A stretch of 62,936 nt of DNA, filler included, from Pirum gemmata (Eukaryota): the NCBI GenBank assembly GCA_002812295.1. It is 14 parts of 14 records of this genome, joined end to end, with 100 filler letters (N's around TTAATTAATTAA, not from the genome) between each part and the next. Parts side by side here need not be neighbours in the genome. Positions count along the whole stretch, not along the records: positions 36,020 to 40,486 come from PDIN01001188.1; positions 40,587 to 44,984 come from PDIN01001190.1; positions 45,085 to 49,446 come from PDIN01001191.1; positions 49,547 to 53,957 come from PDIN01001192.1; 10 more parts are not named here. One strand, written 5' to 3'. The translations under genes were made by a program, and so were the position numbers. The notes under the pieces were generated by a model. The model was not told where the DNA came from. It made no database searches and saw nothing but the letters and a program-made list of their open reading frames with translations. This document shows, piece after piece, positions 39,496-51,100 of the stretch. Every line of letters starts with the position of its first letter. Within the stretch, counting starts at the first letter, position 1.

Positions 39496-40746
39496 AAATA
39501 AGGTGAAGGTAAGGTGAAGATTATTAATATAATATAATTAGTTATGGTAGGATTAGGGTTACTACTTGTAACTCACAGGATACATGTAAATATATATATT
39601 AAAATACTATAATATTAATATATTAATTAATTAATATATTAATAATGTAATGTATTAATAATTATTATAATATTAATATAATTTACTATAACATATGATA
39701 ATATATAAATATAGACTATATATGTGAGTATTATAATCGAAAGTGCAAATGATATTCAAGAAATCGACATGAGTACTATTCAAAATCGGGGTACAAGTTG
39801 GGGAACTTCGACATTGTACCCGAAAACATCATCGAAAAGTATTAATATTGCATTATTAATGGGATAGTCACAGTGCATGCACAGTCTCACGATTTATTTA
39901 TTTTATCACTCTGAATATTTATTTGGTGGGTTATAACTTATAACAAGGATTTATATTATACATTTTGGTATTAATACTCTCATATTAAGTAAGGGCAGGG
40001 TTAGGGGGGTAAGGTAAGGTTAGGGTTAGGGTTACCATGAATCCATGATAGGGTTCTGCGTTAGGATTAGGATTAGGGTTAGAGTTATTAATTAATTAAA
40101 ATCATGAATGGAGTCAGTCGTGGTAGACGATGATGAGATCATTTCACTTTCATTAATGACGTCATCTTGAACGGAGTTAGGGTTAAACCCCGCTCTTCGT
40201 CTTCTGAACCTATCAGATGAAAGTTATAAGCTTTTAGATTGCGATATAGGCCATTAAAATGGAAATCTCGAAAAGGATATTTTCAAAAAGTGACGCTATT
40301 AAAATGAATGTTCCTTTATTGACTCTTTATTGATTATTTTTTAAAAAATTTAATTTTAAATTTTTATCATATTTTTATAATATCGTATAAATTGTTGTTA
40401 TTTACCATTGTAAATTTAATTTATTATTTATATATATAAATTATTTATTATTTATTTACCACCACTATTATTATTATTATTATTATNNNNNNNNNNNNNN
40501 NNNNNNNNNNNNNNNNNNNNNNNNNNNNNNTTAATTAATTAANNNNNNNNNNNNNNNNNNNNNNNNNNNNNNNNNNNNNNNNNNNNATATATACTGTAAA
40601 GCCCACAACAGGGTTCATGAAAAACAACAACAGCAACAGCAGCAACAACACCCATACCAACGCAAACAGAAAAGCAGGAGAAAAGGTTTAATGGTAAGGA
40701 ATAAATTAAAACAAACAAAAATCAAAAAAAGTTTAAAAAGTCAAAC

Positions 40747-40869
40747 CTTTGTAAGGTCAATTGTTTCCATAGCAAGTTTCCTAAGTCTTTCCCGACGATC
40801 AACATTGGCCTCTTCATGGCCAATCATACCCGACCCAAATTTATTCCCCACTCGATTTTGAAAATCCAT
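40747..40869 (-). CDS. SF3A2: Splicing factor 3A subunit 2 (SAP62/Prp11), first coding exon
   Basis: MDFQNRVGNKFGSGMIGHEEANVDRRERLRKLAMETIDLTK then GT; matches the conserved SF3A2 N-terminus MDFQxRxG...DRRERLRxLAxETID. Confidence 0.95.
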
Positions 40870-41449
40870 GATTACAATATTCTATTTTGTATTCTTAGTT
40901 TTAATAATAAGTATATTCTTTATTATGTACAGTGTATATGATGTAATTATAAAAACGTTACAAACGTGACTGTCCCTAATTTTAAATGTGTGTGTCTCTC
41001 TCTTTGTTTCATTTAAGTTTTGTGGTTGTTCACGTTGAAAGGCCTGTTATTTATAAATATAGACACGTCTATTCGAGTTATAAGAGTTATAAGGTCTATT
41101 ACTGGTATGTACATTAGACGGGTCTATTATTAACTGTCTATTACTATTTTTTATTTTATTTTTTATTTTATTTTAGACTATTTTTTTTTATTTTTTTTTT
41201 TTAAAAAACATCACTGCCAGATAAAACTGCGGAAACTATTTTTTTTTAGACTTCTTTTCTAAAAACCTTTAATTCTAACTAGCCAAATTGTTATTAAAAA
41301 TTGGCCATTGGTTCATAATAGAGTTTTTTTAGTTAGACGATTTCTGAAAATTTGATAGTACTTTCATTAAAATTGGAGGTTTTAGATTTTCAGATTTTAA
41401 GCTCATATGGTGGATTTTGCAATTATTTTATTCGGCATGGGTATTTTTT

Positions 41450-41510
<61 letters not shown>

Positions 41511-43465
41511 CATATGGCGGATGTCGCTGGCATAGTTAAAAAAAAAAAAATCTGATAGCAGTCTATATGAATAAATTTATTTTTATATAAATGAATCAAT
41601 AGTCTACTGAATCAATCCACTTGCTGAGGAATCCACGACGTACTACTAGCTAGTAGAGTAGCTAGACAACTATGATAGCTAGCTAGCTAGCTAGCTACTA
41701 GCTAGTAGCTAGATCTACTATGATACAGAAGTTATATTTTTTATTTTGTTAGGTCTTCGATGATCGATCAGGGTCGATATCATAAATAATATTATGATAT
41801 CATACTAGCTAGTGTCTAGCTAGCTAGCTAGCTATCATAGTAGTAGTAGTAGCAGGCTCGATAGCTAGCTAGCTAGCTACTAGCTGGTAGCTTATTTTTT
41901 TGATATTGATAATTTGATATCCTCTACTCCTAGCTAGCTCGTCCTCTACTCCTAGCTAGCTAGCTATGACAGAGATCTAGACTCAGATTAGCTCTAGAAG
42001 CTCTACTACTAGCTATAGTAGCTATCATTAGCTATCATAGTAGCCATAGTGTAGCTACTGTGTGTAGCTATCCCCTAGCTAGGTAGCTAGACTATCATAT
42101 TATTAGTTAGTAGCTATCATGAGCTACTTTCTACTAGCTAGGTCCTGTAGCTAGGTCTATCGACTGTCTATCGGTAGTCTGGTAGAGAAATTCTGGTAGC
42201 ACTAGCTAGCTAGCTAGCTAGCTATCGTAGTACTTAGCTAGCTAGCTAGCTAGCTATCGTAGTACTTAGCTAGCTAGTATGTAGCTACTACTAGCTAGCT
42301 AGTAGTATGATAGCTAGCTAGAGCTATCAGATACTATAGCTAGCTATCATAATATTATTATGAGACATATTATGATATCAATATGATACCAATATTAGTG
42401 ATATGATATAGATATCATAGCTACTAGCTAGCTAGTAGCCCTAGGCCCTAGCTAGTTAGACTAGTTATCATAATAATATAGAACTCTCTACCAGCTAGTA
42501 GTGGTAGAGGAGAAGCTTGGCACAGGTAGACTATAGTCACTACACGGCGTCAAGTCCTTGCTTGTCATACCAGATTACCAGTTGTCATACCATAATCATT
42601 TATATCATAATAATATCATACTAACTAGCTATAGCTACGATACTACTATGATAGAAATAAATAGAGCAAAGCAACTAAAGCAACGTCTTTTTTGTCTTAT
42701 TAGTCTATTATGTTAGACTAGCTGCTAGAGCTACTGTAGCTAGGCCCGGGTTTTCGAAAAAAAAAAAAAAAAGCATGGGCAGAGCTGGGCAGAGCAGGCA
42801 GACAATACTACTAGCTAGCTAGCTAGCTAGCTATAAAATAATAGCTCTATGTTTTTTTAACTGTTTTTTTAGACTATGACTGACATAAGAATTTTTTTGA
42901 CTTTGTATCGCTAGATTCGCTACTAGCTAGCTAGCTAGTAGTAGCTAGAATCGCTACTGTAGTCTGTATCAATATCAATAGTCAATATCATAGTATCAGA
43001 TATAAAAGTTCATGATAGTTACTGACGTAGTAGAAAAAGCTGAGATTTCAAAAAAATAAGTCACGTAGCAATAATACCGATAGTGATAAGACTTATATCA
43101 TATTATATAAAAGAGAAGTAAGTATAGTCAATATTATAGGCTCATAATTTATATTATACCAAGTAGTAAATTAGACTACCAGATATGATAATATTGGGGA
43201 TTATTCAATAATTATTGTATTCGACGTAAACAGGAATAATTAATCAACCACATGCATGTATTGTGCACATACAAATACAAGTACAGTGACATCATTTTAT
43301 CATTTTATTTTTACTTTTTATATTTATAAATAGTTTTTCTTTGCCTTTTGTTTTTATTACTTTTCTTCTTGTCCAATATTAGTAGTAGTATTGGTATCTG
43401 TATCGTAATATTATTAGTAATATTAGTATTATTATCGACTTCTATTATCGTTGAAATCAAAAGAA

Positions 43466-43655
43466 ATGGAGGCACTGCCAAATCATATCCAGAATGATTC
43501 GGCTCTGCTTGAAGAGTTAAGAAAACTGGAAGAAGCCAATGCTCTGGTAGAAGAAAGCATAAAAGATGTCAGTGAAGAAGAAGAAGACAGTTTGGAAGAA
43601 GAAAAGTCGCCACGAACACACACGCCTTCTAAACAAACTCCCACCAGTGCTAGAG
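43466..43655 (+). CDS. TFIIS-central-domain (TFIIS_M) protein, exon 1
   Basis: ATG 43466, acidic N-terminus, phase-1 GT donor at 43656 compatible with exon 2. Confidence 0.7.
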
Positions 43656-43795
43656 GTTAATATTTATTATTTTGCTCTTACCTCTTTATATTTGGTTTTT
43701 AATTTTTTATATAAAGGTTTGGATATATATATATATATATATATATATCATTTTCTTTTGCTATTTTTACAATAACGCTTACATTATTTCTGTAG

Positions 43796-44017
43796 GTAAA
43801 AAAAAAAATCATGGCAAAGAAAACAGCACTCGGTCCAACACGGTTCCAAAATCAGCCTTGGCTTTAGCTATTGCCAAGAAACCAACTCGAAGTCGAAAAA
43901 AGTCATCAATTCGGCGACTTTCTAGTGATGTTTTATCTACTGCAAGCAAGGACAATTTTGATTCCCCTCGTGAAACACCTCGTGCTGTAGTTCGTCAAAA
44001 ACTAAAATCCTCTTTTG
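43796..44017 (+). CDS. TFIIS-central-domain protein, exon 2
   Basis: TAG acceptor; basic region ending PRAVVRQKLKSSF (first TFIIS_M helix-like); GT donor at 44018. Confidence 0.72.
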
Positions 44018-44546
44018 GTATCTATTGATTAATTTTCAATTCTTTATTTGCTGTACCTATTATTTCTATTGTTACTGTAATCCTTTTATTGCTTTTTCAA
44101 CTGTTTTTTAAACTTTTTGGACTCTAAACCCTAAACCCTAAACCCTAAATCCCACAAATCCTCAAGCCTCAAGCCTCATACCTCATACCTTAAGCTAAAG
44201 CCCCCCCAAAAAAGGCTTAAGACTAAAGACCAAAGGTTAAAGGCTAAAAGTTGATTCCTAAAAGCTTAACCCTAAAGCCTTTTTGTTTTTATTGCTATTT
44301 TAATTGTATTATTCTACGTTAACGACACCCCAATTTTCATCCCGAAAAATCTGACGCAAAAACACCACCAGACAACACGCCTACTCACACTCACACACAT
44401 TTCCCTACCAATGCCACTGTACTAATTCCATACTTGTCTCTAATTTACCAAGAATTCTACTACTATCCTTATTTGTTCTACATTATTTAATTTTCGTTTT
44501 GAGGACATATGAACTAAATAATAAAACATGTTTTCATGATTAATAG

Positions 44547-44736
44547 ATTCCAGCATAAAAAGACCAGAGAACCTTTCGGAAGAAGCCTTAAAAGAAAGAG
44601 ATGCGAAATTATCTGATATATCTTACAAAATAGAAGATGCAGTTTTTCAACATTTTAATGGTGTTGACTCTCGCTACAAAACCAAAATGAGAGAGATATT
44701 TGGGTGTGCCAGAAATACAGACATATCTTTTTCAAA
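44547..44736 (+). CDS. TFIIS-central-domain protein, exon 3 (PHF3/DIDO/Bye1-like; gene continues off scaffold)
   Basis: ISYKIEDAVFQHFNGVDSRYKTKMREIF matches TFIIS_M IE..IF..F...D.KYK.K.R; phases are consistent. Confidence 0.78.
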
Positions 44737-44895
44737 GTACGGAATTGTTTTATTAATTCACTAATAGTAGAATTGGGAAAATACCTCATCTTTCATCTGA
44801 ATTAATTTTACTGTATTAATTCACCTTGATAATTTCATCGATGTTCACTGAAACCATCATAACAACAACACCAAGTTGTATTGAATTTGTTATCA

Positions 44896-44926
<31 letters not shown>

Positions 44927-45127
44927 TATTTATTATTATTATTATTAATATTTATCATTATTTTTATCATTATTTATTATTTATNNNNNNNNNNNNNNNN
45001 NNNNNNNNNNNNNNNNNNNNNNNNNNNNTTAATTAATTAANNNNNNNNNNNNNNNNNNNNNNNNNNNNNNNNNNNNNNNNNNNNTAATAATAATAATAAT
45101 AATAATAATAATGGTTTTCTTTTTTAG

Positions 45128-45270
45128 ATTGATGATACCCCAGTGAGATTTCAATATCGAAAAGTTTTGCCGAATAATTATGGTTTTACGCCGGCTCAAA
45201 TTTTAGAAGCAGATGATAAAGAGCTAAACTCCTGGGTCTCCTTAAAGAAAATGACCAAATACCGTGCAGA
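45128..45270 (+). CDS. KRI1: KRI1 homologue, Kri1_C exon
   Basis: IDDTPVRFQYRKVLPNNYGFTPAQILEADDKELNSWVSLKKMTKYR matches Kri1_C (P.RFKYR.V....GL...EIL.ADD.ELN.W.SLKK); AG/GTAAG boundaries. Confidence 0.93.
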
Positions 45271-45634
45271 GTAAGTTTTTATTTTCTTACCCTAACCCTA
45301 ACCCTAACCCTAACCCTAACCCTAACCCTAACCCTAACCCTAACCCTAATTCTAAGCCATCTGAAACAACAAGTAAAACACAGATCCATAGAAACAGTTT
45401 TTGTTGTGGCAACATTTTCGAAAGAGGAAAAAAAGAAGTAATTTACAAAATTCATGGGGAATGTGCNCCCTAACCCTAACTCCAACTCTTATCTCTTAAC
45501 TCTAACTCTTAACAATAACCCTAACCCTAACTCCAACTCTTATCTCTTAACTCTTTAACCCCTAACCTCTGACCCCTAATCCCCTGATCCCTAACCCCTA
45601 ACCCCTTGTCAACAAATTATATATATATAAATAG

Positions 45635-46055
45635 GAAAGACGAGCTTTATGATAAAGAAAAATATAGCAAAATGCCTGCTTGGAAAAAAAGAAAAATTGT
45701 TCCTAGTGCTTTCTCCGAATCTTCAACCCAAAACCAAAACCAAACCACCAAAGACCAAAACACAAAACATGATCCATATGGTAAGAAACAAAAACAAAAC
45801 AATAATAGTAACAAAGGTAATCGAGGTAATAACAATAACAATAACAATAATAACAAAAGAAAGCATGATAATCAAGATAGAAATAATGGTGATAAAAAAC
45901 ACAAACTTGATGAAGATGTGAAAAAAGTAAGTGATAATGATAAGAATGATACTGCTTTTAATAGAAAAGAGTTTAATAAAGACCTTGTAGGTGAAAGTCG
46001 TTTACAAGCATATGGTGTAACTGATAAGAAAAAAAAGAAACACAAAAAAAAATAA
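45635..46055 (+). CDS. KRI1: KRI1 homologue, terminal exon
   Basis: Phase-2 TAG acceptor at 45632-45634; K/N-rich; ends with the SRLQAYG motif typical of KRI1 C-termini. Confidence 0.85.
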
Positions 46056-46477
46056 TTGAAAATATTATTTTAACCCGAAATCGCTCTGAAAATTGAAAAT
46101 TGAAAATTGAAAACATGGTTCAGACTCGATTAATCAAACCTAAATATCGAATACGCTCGAATGTCTAGTTTTTAGTAGCATTAGTAGCATAATAATCATC
46201 TTACTGAGAACCAATCGGTGAGATCCCTCACACAACGAGCTACCAATCACAATTGCATAATGTAGATGGGAACCAATCCTGATATAAAGAGAGCCAGCTG
46301 TACCAAACACCATTTCAGAATCAAGTATATGTATGTACAAACAGGGAAGTTTATTTTGTACAATTCTTCTTATTTGTACTGGTTATGCGGACGATTTTTT
46401 TTATATATCATATATTTTTCGCACCTCTAGCTAGTCGTAAGGTTTTTGATCTTTTTTCCGATTTTTGTGTTATTTTT

Positions 46478-47135
46478 CAATATAGCTCAGTAAATATGGG
46501 AAATATTTTTCCATAAATAGAGAATAAAAAAAAACTTCCAAAATTATAAAAAAAATAACCAAAGCACCAATCAATTTCACAGAGGGTCAAACTACCAAAC
46601 AAAGAATCATAATATATTATATATAATAACAACCGAAACAGTTTGCATATCTTATCACAATTTTCTTTATTTTCTTCACGGTCTTGTATATATTCAATAT
46701 GGCTCAGCAATATGGCTTTTAATTTTCACAGCGGGAAAAACTACCAAAAAAAGAAGAGTTTTCAATCAACCATAACTGAACATTTTGTTTTAATATGGAA
46801 ATTATTTTTCCACAAAAAGAAGAATTTTGGAATCATAACAATTTTTTCAATATGGCTCACTTAATATGGGAAATAAATTTTCCATAAATAGACAACAACA
46901 ACAAAAAAAAAAAAAACTTTCAAAACTATAAAAAAACAACAAAAAGTACCAATCAATTTTCACAGCAGGAACAAACTACCAAAAAAAGAAGAATTTTTAA
47001 TCAATCATAACTGAACATTTTGTTTTAATATGGGAATTATTCTTCCATACAAGGAAGAATTTTGGAATTATAACAATTTTTTTCAATATGGCTCACTTAA
47101 TATGGGAAATACTTTTTCCATAAATAGACAGCAAC
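46478..47135. repeat. Complex tandem repeat, ~220-240-bp units
   Basis: CAATATGGCTCA..AATATGG recurs at 46478, 46695, 46848 and 47084 with shared interiors. Confidence 0.8.
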
Positions 47136-47200
47136 CACTACAACAAGTCAACAACAACAAAAAAAAATTTGGTATTATAACTTTTATAACTACTTTTTTT

Positions 47201-47244
<44 letters not shown>

Positions 47245-49625
47245 GTAAAAACGCACAAAAACTAACTTTTTTAAAAGTAATAATATTACTATTACTATTA
47301 ATTATGTTATTTAAAATGACAATCATAATATTATATAAAAAATTGTAGTTTTTAAATTTCAATTTACACTTATTTTAATTATAAACTCCCATTTGATACT
47401 TAATTAAAACAAAACTTTTCTTTGATCACTGGAAAGATTGTGGTATAGGGGCCTTCTAACTCGATAGAGTAACAGTTACTGTAAAACCACTAAAACATTT
47501 TGTTTTAATTAATAATGAACACACACTGATACTGACAAAGCCAAACAATATAAATGTAATAAAAAAGTAAATAGATATGATCTTATAGGAATTTCTTTAA
47601 CCATATTTTTATTTACACAAATAAAAATTAAATGAATGTTATTAATTATAAGGGTTTTTATAAATGTTTTATCTACTCCTATTGCCAATCCTGGATTATA
47701 TACTATACTATACGAGGGAGCGAAATTTATCATAAAATTGAAAAAAACAACAACAAACTGCCCAAAAAATATATTACATATTACGTTTTTGCATATCTGC
47801 ATTCCAAATATCATACGTCGTAATTTTTTATGGTCTATTGCAAACCAATATTGTTCTTTTTATTTATTTTGTTACTCTAAATATTTACTTGGTGGGTTAT
47901 AACCTTTAAATTAACATTTTTAAAAAATGAATTAACAGATACTAAAAAATGCCAAATTAAAGGAAATGGATTTATATTGTATTAATTGGGTACTCTTTAT
48001 TGTATGTTTTATGATGACAAAACAATTGAAAAGCATTGGACTATATACATGAGAACTATCACGTGGTAATTCTCATGTCGGGTTGTTATCGTGTTTTTCA
48101 ATAGAGTTGTCCAGTTCAACAACTGAAATAAAACTACCAAATTATTATTATGGTTAAACTATCAGACATTTTTTAATTGATTTAGTATTTTATACTTAAT
48201 GTTGTATTTTATAAACAAGCACAATTATACACTTAAACAGTATCAAATTAAAGATTGAGAGGACAACTGTAATGAAATAGACTATACAAATTTCATTGAA
48301 TGTAATATCATTAAAATCATTTTTGCTTTTGGCTGTTAATTAACATGTTATAATGCTGTTGTATACCTTTTATAATTTTTTTATGCTAGGACTGGGAGTA
48401 TACGAATATTTTCTTTAAAATCCAATCTCATAATGGACATAAATTATAAATACCAGTTTTACGCTCTTTCGCCTCCTCAATCAGGTTACATAAATTTTTA
48501 AAAAATAAATTTCATTGTCTTTGATTTCATTATCCTTGATTTCATTGTCCTTGTTGTGGTTGTTGTTATTGTTGTGGTTGTTGATGTTGATGTTGTCAGT
48601 GTTGGTGTTGATGTCATCCTCATAACTAATAATAGTAATAAAATTATATAAGTATTATATAATACATATATAGCAAATATTCGGTTATTTTCGAATATTT
48701 GCTATACATATTTGTAGGGATAAGAGTTGGTTGGGATAAGGGTCTATGATAGCTAGCTAACTAGCTAGCTAGGGGTAGGGTAGGGACCTGTATGTGTAGG
48801 CGTAGACTAGCTAGGGAATGTGGTTAGGACTTACGAGGCAGGGTTAGGAGGAGTGTATCGATACTGTGTAGAGAACTGTGTAGTGTGTGTGTGTGGTGGC
48901 TTTTTTTTTTGTAGACCCCGGTCTATGATAATATCATAAACAGCGAAAAATTCCCCATCCTACTCTAGCTAGCTACTGTCTACCAGTACTTAGCTGCCTG
49001 TAGACGACTATATAATAATAATATTATATAGTGTTCTGGTGTGTGGTAGTAGACCCCGGTCTACTATCGTGTTTTTCAGTTTCTACCAGTAGTGTTGCCC
49101 AGTTCAAAAACTGAAATACGCGTAACAAAATTATTATTTTGGTTAAAAAAATTATCCTCAGACATGTTTTGGGATTTTATACTTTTAATGTTGTATTTTA
49201 TAAACAAGTTCAATTATGATATATATATGATATGATGTGATATTATACACTTTTAATTTAAAAACATTGGAGGGACCGGTCTAGACTCTAGTGTCTATTC
49301 GTCAGCACGTCATTTTAAAATGACGTTTTATCTCAAATACAACGTGGTCGTATTAACACTTTTAATTACGCAATTGAGACGAAAGGTATATCAAATGAAA
49401 GGAAATTACGTCAATATTATGCAGTGAGCTGATCGTGTCATTCATTNNNNNNNNNNNNNNNNNNNNNNNNNNNNNNNNNNNNNNNNNNNNTTAATTAATT
49501 AANNNNNNNNNNNNNNNNNNNNNNNNNNNNNNNNNNNNNNNNNNNNTAATATATAATAATAATAAATAATAATAATAATAATAAGTCGGGGGGGTACCAA
49601 CGCAGTTACGCAGGAATGTTTCGTA

Positions 49626-49746
49626 GGCGCAGGGATGTTCTTTTCGGATTCCGGAGGCGCGAGATGATTCCGGAGGCGCAGGGATGAGTTTCCGGAGGCG
49701 CAGGGATGAGTTTCCGGAGGCGCAGGGATGAGTTTCCGGAGGCGCA
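49626..49746. repeat. GC-rich 22-bp minisatellite (GGCGCAGGGATGAGTTTCCGGA)
   Basis: Three perfect and two degenerate units, bracketed by inverted GCAGTTAC/GTAACTGC. Confidence 0.9.
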
Positions 49747-49945
49747 AGTAACTGCAGGTATTTTTTTGCTATGAAACACTTTGAAGTTTGAATCCTCTAC
49801 TAGGTGGCCCATTTTGTAAACGATACGGGTACCTGGCAACGAGACTACTAGTAGCTAGTCTAGCTAGCTAGCTATAGCTAGATAGTGCTAGATAATATAA
49901 ATTATATAATACGTTTTATCATGAGTTTTATTACTTATCATTATA

Positions 49946-50193
49946 ATGATATGTGAAGTAGAAAAACGACAATGTCAAAGTAGTACTCGAACTAAAAAGC
50001 AGTGTTCACATTTTACAAATGTTCTACCGTTTTGTACCTATCATACTCGAACGAATTATAATTTAATGACTAATGAATCGTTAATATTAATGGTACCTGG
50101 AGAGAGAGGTGTGATGATAGTCTACATTCTATCAATGATACTGGTATTTGTTTCAAGAGGGACGACTTCAACTTCAAGGAAATGAATGGGTGA
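49946..50193 (+). pseudogene. Frameshifted C3H zinc finger + SET-domain N-terminus-like fragment
   Basis: Frame 1: CQSSTRTKKQCSHFTNVLPFCTYH...LMTNESLI..VPGERG. Frame 2 from 50110: CDDSLHSINDTGICFKRDDFNFKEMNG*. Together they resemble C..T..G.QC......P.C..H + L.IK.S.I..AG.GLFA....IVF..GD.I..Y.GE. A MITE follows at 50231. Confidence 0.45.
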
Positions 50194-51100
50194 CTAATGG
50201 CTGACTGTTATTAGCTACATAATATATATATCGTCTATTTCATTACAGTTGTCCTCTCAATCTTTAATTTGGTATTGTTTAAGTGTATAATTGAACTTTT
50301 TTATAAAATACAACATACCAAATTAATTAATTAAACATGTCTGATAATTTAACCATAATAATTATTTGGTACATTTATTTCAGTTTTTGAACTGGTCAAC
50401 ACTATTGAAAAACACTATCCCGGGATACCGGTATAATATCATGGGGTAGGCTGTAGGTAGGTGAGTGAGTGTACGTGACTCATGACAATAATACATTATA
50501 GGATATTATAGTTATATATATACCAGCTATTATATACGATATATATTATTAGATAGAGCAAGGAGTTCAACTCCTTGGATAGAGAGTAAATATATAGTCT
50601 TATCATATATTTCATAGTGCAGATCAGCTCAACAGATCAGCTTAGCTATCGGTATATTGATATCGTAATTCATTATAATATATATATAGTCTACCGGGTA
50701 TGATATTATGATACGATACCCATTATACATAATAATCTATCTCTATCGATATCACAATATATTATTATATAGACTATGTATCATGTATGTAGTGATAGTA
50801 TGTACACAGTACATTCAAAATTATGATTTTGTTTTAGATAATATACCGTGGTATATATCAGTATTATTTTATAATATAATAGACTATAGGCAAAAGACAG
50901 TAGACTGTAGAGTCCTGTGTAGACTAGCTAGTTGAAATTTGAAATTTGAAATACGTTTAAAAAAAACAGATCCAGATACTCAGATTATACCAAAAAAAGC
51001 AAAAAAAACAAAAAACAAATAGACTATACCGGTATAGAACTATATATGTCCATGTATCATAATATAGTCATAATATTATGTACATATCGATATATATATA

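Noticed and set aside
46140..46340. 66-aa minus-strand ORF downstream of KRI1
   Set aside because: No motif recognised in any frame.
47509..47902. Overlapping 63-101 aa ORFs
   Set aside because: No recognisable domain; one runs into a family-B MITE.
49626..49746. Possible CRISPR array
   Set aside because: Units are contiguous with no unique spacers, there are no cas genes, and the context is eukaryotic.
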